Positions 18,149 to 28,376 of a stretch of 64,000 nt of DNA are shown here, piece after piece. The translations under genes were made by a program, and so were the position numbers. The notes beneath the pieces were generated by a model that made no database searches, was not told where the DNA came from, and saw nothing but the letters and a program-made list of their open reading frames with translations. The first letter of the stretch is position 1. Each line of letters opens with the position of its first letter. The stretch is from Lentisphaeria bacterium. GTDB lineage: Bacteria; Verrucomicrobiota; Lentisphaeria; JABSQK01; JAWLHB01. The DNA lies in assembly GCA_041690595.1 (NCBI GenBank), contig JAWLHB010000009.1:1-64000 (forward strand), given 5' to 3'.

Positions 18149-19470
18149 TCCGCTCTCCGTCCGTTATGCTGGGTGTGGGTGTAGATGAACTCGATGGAGG
18201 AACGGGGCTTGAGTTCCAGCTCATAGCGCACGGTATCGAGGTCGATTTTGGTGTACTTGCCATAGTCGCCGGAGCTGGCGATATCCCACGAGGGGGAGGG
18301 GAAGTTGCGGGTGATGTGAAGGCTGACGGGGAGGTCGCGGGTGTTCTTGACCTCGACCTTCCAGGTGCGGATTTCGTCGAAGCCGTCAATGTTGCCGAAG
18401 CGATCGAAGAGGTAGCGAGCGGTGCGGTACTCCATGAGGGTGGGCTTGACGATGACGTTGGCTACCTGGCCGAGGTTAAGTTCGACATCTTCGTCGACGG
18501 GGATGTACTGAAAGGAGGAGCGGCCTTCGTAGGAGAGGTGGGCGGCTTCGCCGGTGTCGCGATAGACCATGAGGGAACCGCCGGGGATGGGGGTCTCCCC
18601 GAGCTTGTGACGGGTGTCGTTGGCGAAACTGACGAAGCGCACCGGCAGAGCCCCCCAGCGCTCTTCCTCGTACTTGTAGAGATTGGCGACGGGGACATCG
18701 CCGACGGTGAAGCTGGGGAGGCGCTTGGACCAGCCGGTGGGGATCGTCTCTTCGCCCTCGATGGTGTAGAGGAAGTACTCGCTGAGCCCTTCCTTGCGGA
18801 TTTCCTTGCGGAGAAGCACTTCGCTGGCAGCCATTTCCTTGCGGACCTCGCGTCCGGCGCGGCGGCGTGCATCCATATCGACCCGATCCTGGGCGCCGAC
18901 ATCACTTGGAGCAGGTTGGCCATAGGGTGGCTGGCGCTGGGCGAGGGCGGCGATTTCGTCGAGAAGGTGAACCTTGCCGACGATGAGGCGGACCTGGGCA
19001 CGGTCGTAGTCTTCGCCACTGGTGTTGGTGACGCGGACGTAGCCCTGCAGGCGCATGGTGGTCTCGTCGGTGGAGAGGGTGCCCATGTAAAAGGCACGCC
19101 ATGCGATGCCGCTGGTGAAGTAGGAGATCTCCATGGGGACTTCGCCCCCGATCTGACTGTCGATCTTCCAGATGCCGAGGTTCTGAACGCGGGGCGGGTA
19201 GTCGAGGCTGAAGATCTCGAGTTGCGCAGCGTGATCGCGAGGAGTCATGTCGAGGCTGGTAGGATCGATGAGGGTGTTGGCCCAGGAGAACTGCAGGCGG
19301 TTGATGCCCTGGCGCATGGTGAGGGCGCGCCGGTCTCGTACCAGGGTGAGATCGGCGGAGTTGTAGATGGTGAGCTGGGTGCTTTCGCGGTTCGGCAGGA
19401 TGACGAGGTCGATGTTGGCCAGCGCGGGAAGCGCCAGCAGCATGGCGAGACAGAGAGATGGGATTTTCAT
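18145..19470 (-). CDS. Secreted DUF4139-like protein (paralogue 3)
   Basis: Signal peptide MKIPSLCLAMLLALPALA; same conserved blocks; AGGAG RBS. Confidence 0.8.
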   Translation of the reverse strand: MKIPSLCLAMLLALPALANIDLVILPNRESTQLTIYNSADLTLVRDRRALTMRQGINRLQFSWANTLIDPTSLDMTPRDHAAQLEIFSLDYPPRVQNLGIWKIDSQIGGEVPMEISYFTSGIAWRAFYMGTLSTDETTMRLQGYVRVTNTSGEDYDRAQVRLIVGKVHLLDEIAALAQRQPPYGQPAPSDVGAQDRVDMDARRRAGREVRKEMAASEVLLRKEIRKEGLSEYFLYTIEGEETIPTGWSKRLPSFTVGDVPVANLYKYEEERWGALPVRFVSFANDTRHKLGETPIPGGSLMVYRDTGEAAHLSYEGRSSFQYIPVDEDVELNLGQVANVIVKPTLMEYRTARYLFDRFGNIDGFDEIRTWKVEVKNTRDLPVSLHITRNFPSPSWDIASSGDYGKYTKIDLDTVRYELELKPRSSIEFIYTHTQHNGRRAE

Positions 19471-19490
19471 GGGGGTCATGCTCCTGTGCT

Positions 19491-20609
19491 TCAGCGTACG
19501 TTGCGGCGGTGGTATTGCATCATCAGCTTCTGCTTGGCCTTGGGAGCGAGATGAATCTCGAACTCGAGGGTGTTCGCATCCTTTTTGGTGAAGTCGAGGC
19601 TGCACTCGATCATCTCCCATTCGCCGGGGATGCGCTGGATCATGGTGAGGGTGGCGGGCGAATCCTTGAAGTTCTCGATCTCGGCCTCGATCAGCTCATC
19701 GGTGTCGTAGAGGATGATGGTATTGGCGTTGTTGCGACGGATGTTGATATGCTTTTCGCGCATCTTGCGTTGGGTGACGACGATGTCGCGGCTGTCGCCG
19801 ATGTAGACTTCCATCTTCTCGCCGACGGGGACGAGTGCGGTGTTGTCTTCGCCGAGGAAGATGGTACTGCCGTGGCCATCGTGCTGAAAGACGCGCATCT
19901 TGCCCCCCCAGAGGGCATTTTCGCCAAGGCGGCCATCGGTAGTGTTGGGGATGCGGTAGGAGACGGGAATGCCGATGTTGCCGTCCACCTTTTCGGGATC
20001 CCACGGCAGGGTGGCGGCGTCCCAGGTCCAGACTTTTTCGATGGGCAGTTCGCTCTTGTTGAAGAAGAGGAGCTGCTTGGTTTCCTCATGCTGGATGCCC
20101 TGTTCGAAGGCGGCGCCATAGTCGAGAAGGACCTGGGCCTCGGCGAAGTCCTCACCGGAGAAGTTGCGGAGGATGAGGTACGAGCGGAGGTCGAGCTTTT
20201 CTTCCGCCTTGTCGGCAACGCCTTTGTAGGTGATCAGGCGGTCGATATTGCTGAGCAGATAGCTGATGCGCACACGCTCTTCGTAGGGCTCCGGGCTGGC
20301 GATTTCCCAGATGAGGGCTGCTTCGTTGGGGGGATAGCTGACGTTGAGCAGCTTGACCTCGTCGGGATGGCCGAGGACGGTGAGGCGGATGGAGTCGCTG
20401 TCGATGCTGACGCCCTTCCAGGAGAAGTCGACCTGATTGAGTCCTTTCTGGAGGGTAAGGGTGCGTTCCTCCTCGATGAGGGTGGCCGTGGGATTGTCGA
20501 GGCGAATGACGGTGGCGGCACGTTCAGGCAGAGCGACCAGTTTGACGCGCGCCTGAACGGCGAGAGACGAGGTGAGCAGGGCGAGCAGGAGGGGGATGGT
20601 GCGGTTCAT
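19491..20609 (-). CDS. Secreted DUF4139-like protein (short divergent paralogue 2)
   Basis: Signal peptide; VKLVALPER, EERTLTLQKGLNQVDFSW, NFSGEDF; lacks the KEGLSEYFLY block. Confidence 0.75.
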   Translation of the reverse strand: MNRTIPLLLALLTSSLAVQARVKLVALPERAATVIRLDNPTATLIEEERTLTLQKGLNQVDFSWKGVSIDSDSIRLTVLGHPDEVKLLNVSYPPNEAALIWEIASPEPYEERVRISYLLSNIDRLITYKGVADKAEEKLDLRSYLILRNFSGEDFAEAQVLLDYGAAFEQGIQHEETKQLLFFNKSELPIEKVWTWDAATLPWDPEKVDGNIGIPVSYRIPNTTDGRLGENALWGGKMRVFQHDGHGSTIFLGEDNTALVPVGEKMEVYIGDSRDIVVTQRKMREKHINIRRNNANTIILYDTDELIEAEIENFKDSPATLTMIQRIPGEWEMIECSLDFTKKDANTLEFEIHLAPKAKQKLMMQYHRRNVR

Positions 20610-20623
20610 GGTATGGTCTCGGT

Positions 20624-22294
20624 TCAGCGGTTTTCGGCGTTGATGCCGTGGTAGGTGCGAAGGGTGCAGGTGATGATAGTTTCAGATTGAGGAGAGACAT
20701 CGAGCGTCCAGCGCAGGTGGCTGGCATCGTGTTTGACGGGATTGATGCTGGCGGTCTCGATTTGCCAGTGAGGGGTGCCGATATTGAAGGTAGATTCGAG
20801 GCGAACGGGGAGGCCGCGACGGTTGCCGAGGGTGAGCTTCCAGCTCTTGACCTCGTCCCATCCGGCGATGTTGCCTCCCCGATCGAACCGGTAGTTTTCG
20901 CTGCGCTGGTCCATCAGGAGCCTCTCGACCGAGACCTTTTTCGCGGGACCAAGCTCGAGTTCGACCTTGTCGTCGACGGGAATGTACTTGAGGTCGGCGC
21001 GGCCCTCGTAGGTGAGGTGATCGGGGGCGGGCTGATCGACGCGGCGGAAGATGCGGGTCTGGCCTTCGGGCAGGGGAGTCTGACCGAGATTGTGGTCCGA
21101 ATCGTTGGCGAAATAGAGGAAGCGCATGGTTGCGTCGCCCCAGCGATCGGGGTCGTGCTTGTAGAGGTTGCGAACGGGAATATCGGCGACGGAGAAGGAG
21201 GGGAGGCGCTTGCCCCAGCCGTCCGGAATGGTATCGCGCCCCTCGATGGTGTAGAGGAAGTATTCGCTGAGACCTTCCTTGAGGATTTCCCTGGGGAATG
21301 CCTTCTGCCGATCATGGTCGCGGTAATCCTCCACATGGCCATCGATAAACAAGGCGTATGGCCAATCACTCACCGGGGGCCTCCGGGATACAGGCACGGA
21401 GTCGAGCGGGGAGCCATAGGCGGGCTGGCGCTGGGCGAGTTGGGCAATCTGCTCCTTGAGGCGGACTTCGCCGACGACGAGACGCACCTGGGCGTTGTCG
21501 TACTCTTCGCCGCTGCCGTTGGTCACGCGCACATGGCCATCGAGCTGGAGATGGCTTTCATCCTGGCTGAGGGTGGCGAAATAGACGGCATTCCAGCGCA
21601 GGCCACTGGTGAAATAGGTGACATTGAAGGGTACCTGACCGCTGACGTGCGAGTACATCAACCAGCGACCGACACCCGGCAGACGCGGGGGATAGACAAG
21701 CTGCCGCACCTCGACACGCCCCTCGCCATCCTGGGGCAGCAGTTCGAGCGAGGTGGGATCGATGAGGGTGTTGGCCCACATGAACTGCAGCCAGTTCCAG
21801 CCCTGCTTCATGGTCAGTTGGCGGGTTTCGCGCACCAGGGTGAGATCGGCGGCGTTGTAGATGGTGAGTTGCACGTCGTCCCGGCGGGGGAGGACGTTGA
21901 GTTCGATGTTGCTGGCCGGCGCGAACGGCGGCTTGGCATCGGGGGAGATGCCGTAGGCCGGAGGCGGCGGTGCCGAAGCCGGCGCCAAGAACTGCCGGAG
22001 CACCAGTGCCAGGACCAGCGCGGCGGCCGCCGCGCCAACCAGCAAGGGGAGGATGCGGAGTGCACGACGGGGGCGGCTCGCGGCGGCAATGGCGGCGGCG
22101 ACCAGTGGCTCCGGTGGGGTGGGATCTTCGCGCAGGAGTTCCAGGTGCGCCAGACGTAGACGCAGGTCGGCCAGGCGTTCACGGCAGGCTTCGCATTCGG
22201 CAAGATGGGCGTCTGTTGCCAGGCGCAGCGGCTCGTCGAGGACGCCGATCTGGTAATCGACAAGCCGATCCTGACTGAGGTGCTGGCTGGTCAT
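20624..22294 (-). CDS. Zinc-finger (ZAS) anti-sigma factor fused via a TM helix to a DUF4139-like extracytoplasmic domain
   Basis: H-x24-HLAECEAC motif; TM ILPLLVGAAAAALVLALVL; Pro-rich linker; then QLTIYNAADLTLVRE...KEGLSEYFLYTIEG. ATGA overlap with the sigma gene. Confidence 0.85.
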   Translation of the reverse strand: MTSQHLSQDRLVDYQIGVLDEPLRLATDAHLAECEACRERLADLRLRLAHLELLREDPTPPEPLVAAAIAAASRPRRALRILPLLVGAAAAALVLALVLRQFLAPASAPPPPAYGISPDAKPPFAPASNIELNVLPRRDDVQLTIYNAADLTLVRETRQLTMKQGWNWLQFMWANTLIDPTSLELLPQDGEGRVEVRQLVYPPRLPGVGRWLMYSHVSGQVPFNVTYFTSGLRWNAVYFATLSQDESHLQLDGHVRVTNGSGEEYDNAQVRLVVGEVRLKEQIAQLAQRQPAYGSPLDSVPVSRRPPVSDWPYALFIDGHVEDYRDHDRQKAFPREILKEGLSEYFLYTIEGRDTIPDGWGKRLPSFSVADIPVRNLYKHDPDRWGDATMRFLYFANDSDHNLGQTPLPEGQTRIFRRVDQPAPDHLTYEGRADLKYIPVDDKVELELGPAKKVSVERLLMDQRSENYRFDRGGNIAGWDEVKSWKLTLGNRRGLPVRLESTFNIGTPHWQIETASINPVKHDASHLRWTLDVSPQSETIITCTLRTYHGINAENR

Positions 22295-22842
22295 GTGAGA
22301 ACTCCATCGGGGAGACGTTGGGCGAGGGTGCGCATGGCTCGGGACATCTGGGTCTTGACGGTACCAAGCGAACAGCCGAGACATTCGGCGGCTTCGGGGT
22401 ACGTCATCTGCTGGTAGTAAACGAGGATAAGGGTGGCGCGCTGTCGCGGGGGCAGGGAGTCGATGGCGGCCCGCACCAGCCGCTTGAGGTCGCCGCTCTG
22501 GGCGGCTTCGTCGGGAGAAGGATCGTCACCGAGAATGGGGTCGGCCTCGTCGACCCCGACCAGTGTGGGACGTCGTCGCGCCCAGCGGAATCGGTCGGTG
22601 GCGAGGTGACTGGCGATGCCATAGAGCCACGGCTTGAAGGGGCGCCCATCGCGGTACTGATGGCGGCGGCTGGCCACGCGCTCAAAGGTCTCCTGAAAGA
22701 GATCCTCGGCTTCCTGACGATTGCCGCAGAGGCGCAGGAGATAGCCGTAGAGCGGCGAGCTGTAGCGGCGGACCAGGTCGCCGAAGGCGGTCGCATCGCC
22801 ATGTTGCCAGCTTTTCATGAGGGTTTCGTCCGTGGGATCCAT
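22291..22842 (-). CDS. ECF-type RNA polymerase sigma-70 factor
   Basis: AEDLFQETF, FKPWLYGIA, LPPRQRATLILVYY..TYPEAAECLGCSLGTVKTQMSRA. Confidence 0.95.
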   Translation of the reverse strand: MDPTDETLMKSWQHGDATAFGDLVRRYSSPLYGYLLRLCGNRQEAEDLFQETFERVASRRHQYRDGRPFKPWLYGIASHLATDRFRWARRRPTLVGVDEADPILGDDPSPDEAAQSGDLKRLVRAAIDSLPPRQRATLILVYYQQMTYPEAAECLGCSLGTVKTQMSRAMRTLAQRLPDGVLT

Positions 22843-22869
22843 CTTCGCCTGTTGTCCTTCTGATGGCTG

Positions 22870-22898
22870 TTACGCCAGAAGAGCTCATCCGGTTGACA
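22870..22898 (-). promoter_or_regulatory. Putative autoregulatory ECF promoter
   Basis: Minus strand TGTCAAC-N17-CGTAA fits the generic ECF AAC...CGT pattern, 27 nt upstream of the sigma ATG. Confidence 0.5.
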
Positions 22899-22995
22899 TG
22901 CCATCGAGAAATAGTGGCGCCCGTTGTACAACTATGATGCACCAACGGCATATTTCTTAGGATGCGCGCAAAGATCGCGAGAGGACAACCGGAAA

Positions 22996-25296
22996 TCAGG
23001 GCAGCGGGAGGATGCGGACGGGGATACCGGGAGCGAGCTGAAAGCGCAGCCGGTGTCCATCGGCAGTGGCGGTAACAGGCTGATCCTGGCCGGAGACGAT
23101 GCGATAGCTTCCGGCGGCATGCAGAAGGGTGCAGGTGCACGCTTGCGCGGCGGTGACGGTGGCTTCGGTGAGGTTGCCGTCCTTCCACGCGATGTCGACC
23201 GTCAGGCCGCCCCGCGCACGCAGACCGGTGACGGTGCCCCCTGGCCAGGCCGTGGGCAAGGCCGGGAGAAGGTGGAGTTCGTCGTGGTAGCTCTGCAGGA
23301 GCATCTCGAGAACAGCCGCGGTGCCGCCGAAGTTGCCGTCGATCTGAAAGATGCGTGGCGGATGAAGGTCAAGGAGGCTATCGGTGGCAAAGTCGGTGAT
23401 GAGGTGACAGAGATGCTCCCAGGCCGGCTCGGATTCGCCGAGGCGGGCCATCAGGCAGGCGACCCACGAGCGACTCCAGCCGGTGTGGCCGCCGCCGGCC
23501 GCCAGGCGTCGCTCCAGCGAAGTCCGTGCCGCCAGCCACAGCTCCGGTGTCCGTTCCGGATCGAAGGCATCGCCGGGGAAGAGGCCGATCAGGTGCGAGA
23601 AGTGCCGATGCTGGGGCTCCAACTCCTCGAACTCCTCGTTCCATTCGAGCAGTTGCCCATGGGAGCCGATCTTGAGTTCGGGAAGGCGGGCGATCATGTC
23701 GTCCCAGGTCGCTTGCAGATCGTGGTCGATATCGAGGAGTCGGGCGGAGCGCAGGGCGTACTCGAGGGCGTTGCGGGCGAGTTGCACATCCATGGCGCTG
23801 TTGACGCAGAGGGTGACCGGCAGAGAGCCGCCGCCGGCAAAGCGGTTTTCGGGGCTCTGCGAGGGGACAATGACCAAACCGCCATCGGCATTCTTGATGC
23901 AGTAGGATTGGTAGAAGGCGGCGACTTCCTTGAAATAGGGATAGGCGCGGCGGGCCAGAAAGTCGCGGTCGCGTCCAAATTCCCAGTGCCACCAGAGATG
24001 CTGTGCGAGCCATGCGGCGGCGCCGATCCAGGCGGCCCAGCCATGGGATTCGGCGGTGGAGCGTCCCCAGGCATCGGTCTGTATAGGAAGCCAGATGCCA
24101 TCACAGCCGTAGTAGTCGCGGGCGGCTTTTCGGGCATGGGGGACAAAGCGCTCCAGGTACCGGAAGAGCGCCTCGGTGGTGTACTGGAGGGCGCCGGCCT
24201 CGGCGGGCCAGAAGTTCATCTGGAGATTGATGTCGTGGTGGTAATCGCATTGCCATGGCGGATCGAGCTCTTCGTTCCACTTGCCCTGCAGGTTGGGCGG
24301 CAGTTCGCCGGTGGCGGTGGAGGCGACCAGCAGGTAGCGGCCATAGAGGAAATAGAGCAGCGGCAGGGTAGGATCGGCAGCGGCGTCCTGCCTGAGGCGC
24401 GCCAGCCGCTCATCGGTGGGGCAGTCTCCGGCTTCGTCGCCGGCAAGCTCCATGATCAGGTCGCCGGAGAAACGCCGATAGGCATCGACATGGCTGCTGA
24501 CCAGCTCCAGCCAATCGGCATGGGGAAGGTGGTGACGCGCGCACTCCGCCGCGGGAGCTTCCATCTTTGCGCTGGTGCCGACATCGAGAGCCACGAGGAT
24601 CGCGGTGGCGCCGGCAATGCGCACCTGCGTTCCCGAAAGGGTCGCATGGCCGTCATGTGAGACGACTCGCGCCTGGGTACGGAAGCCGATACCGTGGTGG
24701 AATTGCCCGTCCATGATCAGCAGGTCGGCGCTCGTCTCGAAGCGCAGATGACAGTCGGGATCGTCGACACGGGAGAGCTGGAGCGTGGCGGCAAAGGGGC
24801 GGTCAGCGCAGATGCGGACGAGGATGAGATCATGGTCGATGTGGGCCAGATACTCGTGACGGTAGCGCGCCCCGTCCGCCTGGTAGGATATCGTCACGAT
24901 TGCCTGCTCGAGATCGAGTTCGCGCCGGTAGTCGTTTGCGGCGCCGTGATCGAGAGAGATTGTGAAGTCGCCGGCGGGCTGATAGGGATCGACCTGGCAT
25001 GGTGCCTCCTGCCGCCGGGTGCCGCCGCCCCCTCCGAAAGCGTCATTGCCGGCAATGGTGCCCTGTTGGTAGTCACCGGCGAGCAGCAGCTCTCGCACCT
25101 CGTCCAGCCGGTGGGCGGCGGGCTTCGGTTCGCGGCAGCGATTGGCGCCACGCCAGAGCCACTCGTGATTGAGGGCAAGCCGCTCGCTGTCGGGAGGGCC
25201 GATGACCATGGCGGCCAGGCGGCCGGTGCCGATGGGAAGTCCATTGAGAAAGGAATCGGACGGATGGGTGTACCAGAGCTTTGCTGCCATGATCAT
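22996..25296 (-). CDS. GH95 family alpha-L-fucosidase-like glycoside hydrolase
   Basis: [57 protein letters not shown]. Confidence 0.92.
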   Translation of the reverse strand: MIMAAKLWYTHPSDSFLNGLPIGTGRLAAMVIGPPDSERLALNHEWLWRGANRCREPKPAAHRLDEVRELLLAGDYQQGTIAGNDAFGGGGGTRRQEAPCQVDPYQPAGDFTISLDHGAANDYRRELDLEQAIVTISYQADGARYRHEYLAHIDHDLILVRICADRPFAATLQLSRVDDPDCHLRFETSADLLIMDGQFHHGIGFRTQARVVSHDGHATLSGTQVRIAGATAILVALDVGTSAKMEAPAAECARHHLPHADWLELVSSHVDAYRRFSGDLIMELAGDEAGDCPTDERLARLRQDAAADPTLPLLYFLYGRYLLVASTATGELPPNLQGKWNEELDPPWQCDYHHDINLQMNFWPAEAGALQYTTEALFRYLERFVPHARKAARDYYGCDGIWLPIQTDAWGRSTAESHGWAAWIGAAAWLAQHLWWHWEFGRDRDFLARRAYPYFKEVAAFYQSYCIKNADGGLVIVPSQSPENRFAGGGSLPVTLCVNSAMDVQLARNALEYALRSARLLDIDHDLQATWDDMIARLPELKIGSHGQLLEWNEEFEELEPQHRHFSHLIGLFPGDAFDPERTPELWLAARTSLERRLAAGGGHTGWSRSWVACLMARLGESEPAWEHLCHLITDFATDSLLDLHPPRIFQIDGNFGGTAAVLEMLLQSYHDELHLLPALPTAWPGGTVTGLRARGGLTVDIAWKDGNLTEATVTAAQACTCTLLHAAGSYRIVSGQDQPVTATADGHRLRFQLAPGIPVRILPLP

Positions 25297-25307
25297 TGGC
25301 CCCGAGA

Positions 25308-26141
25308 CTAGCGTTGAAGAGGAAGAACCCGATGAAAAAAGGTGCGAATGACGCCGGCGACAACCGGCCAGTTCCAGGAGTCGCGGCCGTGGTCGCCGCC
25401 GGGCTCCTCATGATACTCGATATCGGCGCCGACCGCGCGCATGGCGGCGACAAAGGTACGCGACTGGGAGATATCGATAGTGGAGTCGTCGGTGCCATGG
25501 ATAATAAGGGTGGGCGGCAGGTGGGCGCCCACCCAGTTGAGGGGGCTGAGTGCCTGGGCAAGCGACATGTCTTCGCCATAGGGCTGCCCGAAGAGGCAGC
25601 TGAGCATGGCGACGTATTCGGCCGCGCGTGGGTGGCCGTGGATCTCTTCCGCGCAGGAGAGGTCGGTCGGTCCGGAAAGGGCACATACTGCTTTCAAGGG
25701 GGGGACGGGTTGACCGTCGAAGGCCGGATCGCGCCAGAGTTCGTGGGGAGGAGAGGCGGCGGCAAGGAGGGCCAGGTGGGCCCCCGCGGAACCGCCGGAG
25801 AGGGCCATGCGGCGGCTGTCGATGCCATACCTGGCCCCGTGGCAGCTCAACCAGCGCAAGGCGGCCAGGCAGTCGTGGAGATTTCCGGGTGCCGGGCATT
25901 CTTCCGTCAGCCGGTAGGCGACATCGGCGATGGCATAGCCTTCGTTTGCCAGAAAGCTGACATAGGGATTGCCTTTATCGCCTTTGAGCCAGCCGCCGCC
26001 ATGCAGCCAGACAATGACGGGGGCGGGACGCCGCTCCGGCAGGTAGAGATCCAGGCAGAGCGATCGCTCTGGGCGCCGCACGTAGACGAGGTCCGCCACG
26101 GTCGGCCGCGGCCCCTCAATTGGATGTAGAAGTTCTGGCAT
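25308..26141 (-). CDS. Alpha/beta hydrolase (HSL-like esterase)
   Basis: HGGGW oxyanion motif, GGSAG nucleophile, HGTDD and GDHG. Confidence 0.9.
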   Translation of the reverse strand: MPELLHPIEGPRPTVADLVYVRRPERSLCLDLYLPERRPAPVIVWLHGGGWLKGDKGNPYVSFLANEGYAIADVAYRLTEECPAPGNLHDCLAALRWLSCHGARYGIDSRRMALSGGSAGAHLALLAAASPPHELWRDPAFDGQPVPPLKAVCALSGPTDLSCAEEIHGHPRAAEYVAMLSCLFGQPYGEDMSLAQALSPLNWVGAHLPPTLIIHGTDDSTIDISQSRTFVAAMRAVGADIEYHEEPGGDHGRDSWNWPVVAGVIRTFFHRVLPLQR

Positions 26142-26222
26142 GTGCTTAAGCTACTTCGCATCCGCGCGCATCGCTACCCTGCGGCCGCACCGCCGGTTAG
26201 AAAGTTGTCCGGCATCATCGAG

Positions 26223-26251
26223 TTGCGAAAGGTTGGTTGAGTCGGTATTAT
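26223..26251 (+). promoter_or_regulatory. Putative sigma70 promoter
   Basis: TTGCGA-N17-TATTAT upstream of the lipoprotein gene. Confidence 0.45.
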
Positions 26252-26295
26252 GAAGCTGGTGCCGCCTATCGTCAACAATGGAGAGCGAGGGATGT

Positions 26296-26874
26296 ATGAT
26301 GCGGAGAATGTGGTTGCCGTTGGTCATCGTGGTGCTGGGACTTGTCACGGGTTGCACACGCTCACTGCATCCACTGTATACGGAAAAGGAGCTGATCTTC
26401 GATTCGTCCCTGCTGGGCTGCTGGATGAATGACGAGCAGACGGAGAGGTGGCAGGTGACGAAGGGGGAGAATCAGCAGTATGACATTCTCTTCACAGACG
26501 AGAACGGGGCGACCGGCACGTTCGTGGCCCATCTGCTGAAGCTGGATGACAAGCTCTTCCTTGACCTTTTTCCGGCGGAAGTGGATGCCGGAACCGTGAA
26601 CACCTTCCACTATTTTCACATGGTGCCGGTCCACACCTTCGCCCACGTGCGGCAGACGGCGCCCGACCTGATCCTGCTGCTGCCGAATCCGGAGTGGTTG
26701 GAGAAGCTACTGGAGGAGAAACCCGAGGCGATACGCCACGACGTCTCTGGCGGCGGCTTTCTGCTCACCGCCACGACCAGCGAGCTGCAGGCCTTCTGGC
26801 TGGAGCATCTGGGGACGGAAGATGCCTATCGCGAGACCGTGGTCCTGACGCGATGTACCGCGGGCGGACGCTGA
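26296..26874 (+). CDS. Hypothetical lipoprotein
   Basis: Lipobox LVTGC followed by SLHPLYT..FDSSLLG.W. Confidence 0.8.
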   Translation: MMRRMWLPLVIVVLGLVTGCTRSLHPLYTEKELIFDSSLLGCWMNDEQTERWQVTKGENQQYDILFTDENGATGTFVAHLLKLDDKLFLDLFPAEVDAGTVNTFHYFHMVPVHTFAHVRQTAPDLILLLPNPEWLEKLLEEKPEAIRHDVSGGGFLLTATTSELQAFWLEHLGTEDAYRETVVLTRCTAGGR

Positions 26875-26936
26875 CGCCGTGGACGCAACCCCGAAATGAG
26901 GTTGATGCGTGGGCGGGACCCAGGATAGTCCCGCAA

Positions 26937-27127
26937 GTCGGACGAGGTCGGACGAGGTCGGACAAGGTCTGACGGGTCTGACGAGGTCTGACGGGTCGGA
27001 CAAGTCTGACGGGTCGGACGGCAGACGCAGGGCCGTTGGGGGCAACGGCGGGAACGGGACCGATGGGGTGGCGAGGGGATATGAGGGGAGCCAGGCGTCA
27101 GTGGACGAAGTGGACGGCAATGGACTT
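26937..27127. repeat. Imperfect 9/10-bp GTCGGACGA tandem tract plus a segment shared with the 34.2-34.9 kb array
   Basis: gtcggacgag/gtctgacgg units; TCGGACGGCAGA(C/A)GCAGGGC(C/T)GTTGGGG also occurs in the array. Lies between convergent genes. Confidence 0.85.
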
Positions 27128-27215
27128 CCACATTGAGCTCACACAGGGGGCGGAGAAAAATGTCCGGGCAAGGGCCGGAGGGGGACTCCCGCTTTGTCGG
27201 GCGGTTGGTACGGAT

Positions 27216-28262
27216 TCAGTGCTTTTCGAGCTTGTCGATGGCCCATCGGGCATGTTCGCGCAGCATTGGATCCTCTTCGCGATCGTGTAGAGCCTGGAGA
27301 TGTGGAATCAGCTCGGGATCGCCGGAATTGCCGGCCACGACGCAGGCATTGCGAAGGAGGCCGCGGCGTTTGGCGCGCATGATGGGGGTGCCGGCAAAGA
27401 CTGCGACCATCCGCTCATGGTCGGCGATGGCGAGGATGTCGCGCAGGTCGAGCGTACGATCGCCGATGCGCACCTGCTGGAAGTCGTCAAGCCGCGCGGG
27501 CACAGCGCGGGCGTTGTGGGGGCAGACCTCCTGGCAGATGTCGCAGCCGAAGAGCCAGTTGCCGATGCCGTCACGCAGTTCTTCGGGGATGCCCTCGCGG
27601 TTCTCGATGGTGAGGTAAGAGATGCAGCGGCGGGCGTCGATGGTATGATCCTCGCGAATGGCGCGCGTCGGGCAGGCGTCGATGCAGCGTCGACAGGTGC
27701 CGCAACGGATGGTGAGGTTCTTCTGGTCGGGGGGCAGTTCGAGGTCGGTGACGATTGCCGCCAGGAAGACCCATGATCCGAAGGGCTTCGTGATCAGGCA
27801 GCTGTTGCGGCCGATGTAGCCAAGGCCACTGACCTCGGCATAGGCACGTTCGAGGACGGGCCCGGTATCGACATAGTAGCGCGTGGCGGCCTGCCAGTTC
27901 GTCTCGATGAAGCGGGAGAAGGCCTTCAGGCGCGCCTCGATCACCTTGTGGTAGTCGCGGGTGACGGCATAGCGGCTTATTTGTCCCCCCCTGGTGCCTT
28001 GGCCCTTGCCTTCATCGGGATGGAAATAGTTGATGGCGAGCATGATGACGCTGCGCGCTCCGGGCACCACCGTCTCCGCGTTGCGATCATCGCGGAGGCG
28101 GCGGGCCAGGTAGTCCATGTTGCCGTGCAGGCCGTCTTGCAGCCAGCGGCGAAAGGTATCGCGGTAATGCGCCGGCAAGAGGGCGGGCGCCACGGCCGCC
28201 AGATCGAAGCCCAGCTCGCGCGCCTTCAGGAGGATCTCGTTTCTGATTTCGTCGGTTTCCAT
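27216..28262 (-). CDS. queG: tRNA epoxyqueuosine(34) reductase
   Basis: ISRYA..RDYH, VDTGPVLER, FGSWVFL, CGTCRRCIDACPT, CISYLTIE, FGCDICQEVCPHN. Confidence 0.95.
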   Translation of the reverse strand: METDEIRNEILLKARELGFDLAAVAPALLPAHYRDTFRRWLQDGLHGNMDYLARRLRDDRNAETVVPGARSVIMLAINYFHPDEGKGQGTRGGQISRYAVTRDYHKVIEARLKAFSRFIETNWQAATRYYVDTGPVLERAYAEVSGLGYIGRNSCLITKPFGSWVFLAAIVTDLELPPDQKNLTIRCGTCRRCIDACPTRAIREDHTIDARRCISYLTIENREGIPEELRDGIGNWLFGCDICQEVCPHNARAVPARLDDFQQVRIGDRTLDLRDILAIADHERMVAVFAGTPIMRAKRRGLLRNACVVAGNSGDPELIPHLQALHDREEDPMLREHARWAIDKLEKH

Positions 28263-28376
28263 GCCGTACGGTATCACGCCACCGCGAGGAAGGCGAGACG
28301 AAGGCGTAGAGGGGATCGGGCGGATCTGACGGATCTGACGGATCAGCGAAGGGGGGCGGACGATTGGGGGGAACGT

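Noticed and set aside
16817..22294. Diversity-generating retroelement TR/VR pair among the similar DUF4139-like genes
   Set aside because: Similarity spans whole genes and looks like ordinary paralogy; no reverse transcriptase is in the window.
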